Shown one piece after another: positions 43,856 to 46,651 of a DNA stretch of 46,651 bases. Made by a program: the position numbers and the translations under genes. Below the pieces are notes generated by a model. The model saw only the letters and a list, made by a program, of their open reading frames with translations, was not told where the DNA came from and searched no databases. The stretch is from positions 1 to 46,651 of the forward strand of contig CAYIWL010000001.1 of NCBI GenBank assembly GCA_964367085.1, read 5' to 3'. Source of the DNA: Candidatus Woesearchaeota archaeon (GTDB lineage Archaea; Nanobdellota; Nanobdellia; SCGC-AAA011-G17; ARS1403). Within the stretch, counting starts at the first letter, position 1, and every line of letters starts with the position of its first letter.

Positions 43856-45837
43856 ACATTTTTGCAAAAAGAGGGATCGGGAAAAGAGGTCAGGTTACAT
43901 TATTCATAATTGCAGGCGTTGTAATCTTATTTGCTGCATTCCTTGTGGGGTATCTGCAGAATGAAAGCTTCAGGCAGAGAGTTGAAAGCCAGCTTTTTGG
44001 TGCTGCGGTTGTTCCCGAGCAGGCTAAAGGTGTTGTGAGCTATACAAATAATTGCATTGAAAAAATTGCTAGAGACGGGATTGATTTATTGGGGTTACAA
44101 GGAGGATATATTGAAATACCTCGAGGGCTTAGCAGTAGGCAGTATTTGCAAGCAGATCCTATAATGAAAGTTCCTTATTGGATTTATGGCAGTAAGAGAG
44201 AGATTCCTACTCTCCAAGAAATGGAATTACAATTGGAAAACTATGTTAATGAAAGAGCCAACATTGAGTGTGATTTTTTTGAGTTTCAAGAGTATGAATT
44301 CAGCAATGATGAGATATTTGTCGATGTTAAGATCTTAAATGATGGAGTTTTAGTTGATTTAGATTCTGAGCTAATTGTTGGCATTAAAGAAAGTAAGTAT
44401 TTTTTAAGAGATTATGTTGGCGTGTCTGTTCCAATTGATTTAATGTTTTTGTATGATCGGGCGATTGACATTGTTAATAGAGAAGCAAGATCTGGAAACA
44501 TTGGGAATGCTCCTCTTGAGTTTGCTACAATAGAGTTGATTGCAAGACATTCTAAAGATGAAGATTCTGAAATAAGTATTCCTCCTTTATACAAATTCGA
44601 TAACAAATGCAATCCTAAAAATTGGCTAATGACAGATGTAGCAGATAATGTAAAGGAGATTTTGAGTGATAATTTAAGATTTTTAAGAGTTGAAGGTGCA
44701 GATAATCTCGATTATGGAAATGACTACATTAATCTTGTCATTGATCGTGTTTTCACAAGAAATTACGATGTCAGAATAGATTTTAATTACAATCAAGAAT
44801 GGCCGTTATTTTTAGATATATATCCTAGAAATGGGGCGGTGTTAAAACCTAATACATTAAAAATCGGACTTCCTTTTCTTCCACTACTCTGCTTTACTAC
44901 ATACGATTTTAAGTATACTATAAGGTATCCATTAATGGTGAATCTAGAAAAGGATAATTACATATTCAGATTCCCTCTCGAGGTTTTTGTTTCTGATAAT
45001 TATGCTTGGAGAAACATTGAAGGTGAAAAGCCCGATATTGTTACAGATACGGGAACAAGGTTTTGCAGGGAAGAATGGAGATCGAGCAATGAGTTTAGCG
45101 TTGTCACTGTCGATGCTGTTACAATGCAACCTTTAGACGATGTTAATGTAATATATACCTGCGGCGGTGTTGATAATTGCGAGATTGGAAACACCAAATT
45201 TGAAAACGGCGAAGCTATTCTGAATGAAAAATTTCCATTGTGCTATAATGGAGAGATTAGGTTGAGCAAGGAGGGCTATGGTGAAGTTGGAATAGAGCTG
45301 ACTACTTTAGATAATCCTGGCGAAAGAAAATTAGGAGTTATGAAGCCGTTCACTGAAAAAGAAATTGAGTTGAAAATTCTAGAACTAGATAATGGCATTG
45401 TTAATGAAAGAAGTCTGGCCGAAAATGAAATGGCTAGCGTTCAGTTTAACATCCTCGAAGGAGATGTGATTAAAGATACAGTCGGAATTGTATTCGGAGA
45501 TGATGAAGTCGAAGATAAAGGAATCAATAAGATTAGTCTCTTGCCAGAACAGGAATATAATATTTTGATTAGTCTTGTCTTGGATGAAAAAATCGTTATC
45601 CCTATGAGCAAATATCAGGGAGTGGAAATTCCAGAGCAAGAGATAGATGATGTTTTGCTTGGCGGTGCAGATTTCGAGGATTATATTTATGACAAAGATT
45701 TGAAAGATAGTAGCAAAGTGATAGTTTATGCTCTTTCAGAAGGAGTTCCAAAAAATTATGAAGAATATATTGAGAGACTTGATGTTAAGGCAATGAGCGA
45801 TTTGCATAAAGAAAAACTTTTGCTGAGGTTTGAATGA
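43852..45837 (+). CDS. Large (661 aa) pilin-like protein with a class III signal peptide, paralog of 28272..29072
   Basis: The N-terminus is FAKRGIGKRG-QVTLFIIAGVVILFAAFLVG. The first 200 aa or so are collinear with 28272..29072. Confidence 0.55.
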   Translation: MNIFAKRGIGKRGQVTLFIIAGVVILFAAFLVGYLQNESFRQRVESQLFGAAVVPEQAKGVVSYTNNCIEKIARDGIDLLGLQGGYIEIPRGLSSRQYLQADPIMKVPYWIYGSKREIPTLQEMELQLENYVNERANIECDFFEFQEYEFSNDEIFVDVKILNDGVLVDLDSELIVGIKESKYFLRDYVGVSVPIDLMFLYDRAIDIVNREARSGNIGNAPLEFATIELIARHSKDEDSEISIPPLYKFDNKCNPKNWLMTDVADNVKEILSDNLRFLRVEGADNLDYGNDYINLVIDRVFTRNYDVRIDFNYNQEWPLFLDIYPRNGAVLKPNTLKIGLPFLPLLCFTTYDFKYTIRYPLMVNLEKDNYIFRFPLEVFVSDNYAWRNIEGEKPDIVTDTGTRFCREEWRSSNEFSVVTVDAVTMQPLDDVNVIYTCGGVDNCEIGNTKFENGEAILNEKFPLCYNGEIRLSKEGYGEVGIELTTLDNPGERKLGVMKPFTEKEIELKILELDNGIVNERSLAENEMASVQFNILEGDVIKDTVGIVFGDDEVEDKGINKISLLPEQEYNILISLVLDEKIVIPMSKYQGVEIPEQEIDDVLLGGADFEDYIYDKDLKDSSKVIVYALSEGVPKNYEEYIERLDVKAMSDLHKEKLLLRFE

Positions 45838-46651
45838 AAATGATGAAGTTAAAAGTAATTGCTTTAATGGTTATTGTTTTAATAATTGGAATTAATTTTA
45901 ATTTATCAGTTGTTCTAGCTCAAACTAGTGGTAGTACTGGCAGCCCGCAACTTGGGAATGCTTATGACAGTGACGGGGATAGAATATGCAACTTGGCAAG
46001 AGATCATTCTGATTATGCCGGATTAACTTCTACGCAGTTGAGTTGCACGGCTACTGATTATGGCGACTTGTGTCCAGGCACTGCCTTGGATGACAGGCCA
46101 GTTGGAAGCGGCGTAAGCAATAGCGGATGTGGACCGAGCCAGTCAGGAAGATTGATTAATTTCTGGAGCGTTTCCCGAGGGGAATTAACCCCTAAAACAT
46201 TAAAGGTTAATTGGGTTACAGACACTAGAAATGGTGTGCTTGCTTATCAAGAAGTAGATCTTATTAGGAATCCAACATTCTCTCAAAGTAATATTGAACT
46301 GAGAGACATAGGAATTAGTTGTGATTCCGGCGTTGGAATAGATAAAAGTGACGGGTATAAAGAAACTAGCAGGGGTTTTATATCTGATGTAGTAGCTGTT
46401 CGTACACCATTTGCTCAAGATGGCAGCAATGAAAAAAGGATGATCCAATTTAGAGTGAGACAGAGAAGTGACAACGAAATTCGGCCTAAAAGTTTGATTT
46501 CTCCTTCAGAAGGAGGAGTAGACGAGATAAGAACAACATGTAAAATAAGAATCGATCAATGCGAAAAAAATGCTGCTGGAAATTGCATTCCAATTTATCC
46601 TGTTGAACAAGATGAGATTGACTTTTTTATTCCAATTGATGCAAGAATTAT
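45834..46651 (+). CDS. Secreted protein, 5' part only (open to the window end), absent from the ORF track
   Basis: ATG 45834 forms an ATGA overlap with the previous stop. The frame stays open for 272 codons to nt 46651. It has a signal peptide (MKMMKLKVIALMVIVLIIGINFNLSVVLAQTSG) and an acidic DSDGDRIC motif. Confidence 0.6.
   Translation, partial: MKMMKLKVIALMVIVLIIGINFNLSVVLAQTSGSTGSPQLGNAYDSDGDRICNLARDHSDYAGLTSTQLSCTATDYGDLCPGTALDDRPVGSGVSNSGCGPSQSGRLINFWSVSRGELTPKTLKVNWVTDTRNGVLAYQEVDLIRNPTFSQSNIELRDIGISCDSGVGIDKSDGYKETSRGFISDVVAVRTPFAQDGSNEKRMIQFRVRQRSDNEIRPKSLISPSEGGVDEIRTTCKIRIDQCEKNAAGNCIPIYPVEQDEIDFFIPIDARI

Overview
This is a visibly AT-rich archaeal chromosomal fragment, tightly packed with many ATGA start/stop overlaps. 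The archaeal call rests on a conserved minus-strand operon (L44e, S27e, aIF2-alpha, Nop10, PAC2 chaperone) plus PCNA, TFS, RNA polymerase subunit L, a GINS-like subunit, MBF1, a Sec11-type signal peptidase, endonuclease Q and a TrmB-type regulator. The small-gene, toxin-antitoxin-rich, surface-protein-rich style suggests a DPANN-like episymbiont, but that is inference only. Layout: (i) 1-3.5 kb holds three tandem paralogous secreted proteins. (ii) 3.6-6.1 kb holds a LAGLIDADG-like gene overlapping endonuclease Q. (iii) 6-12 kb holds toxin-antitoxin pairs and the translation operon. (iv) 12.4-17.8 kb is a glycosylation block with two GT-C-like membrane paralogs and two GT2 enzymes. (v) 17.8-20.7 kb holds information-processing genes. 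(vi) 20.7-24 kb is a probable accessory islet: a long non-coding stretch, a small AbrB-like gene, an Arch_ATPase/DUF234-type ATPase and an IS6-like transposase, with one promoter/operator element present twice. (vii) 24-28 kb holds PCNA, a flavin reductase, VapBC and a nucleotidyltransferase. (viii) 28.1-46.65 kb, running off the window, is the most interesting part. It is a surface-appendage/adhesion locus with two modules of tandem 8-9 bp repeats plus a tiny RHH gene plus a pilin-like protein carrying an 'RGIGKRG' N-terminus, four further small proteins with class III (type IV pilin-like) signal peptides, a Cys-rich secreted protein with an SH3b-like tail, and a 2608-aa giant repeat protein with thrombospondin-type-3-like and DNDCD-type Cys-rich repeats. 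No assembly ATPase, platform protein or prepilin peptidase is visible, and two accessory genes (AAA/DUF4143, ORF6N) sit inside the operon. I saw no rRNA, tRNA or CRISPR array. All family assignments come from motif recognition by eye, not from searches.
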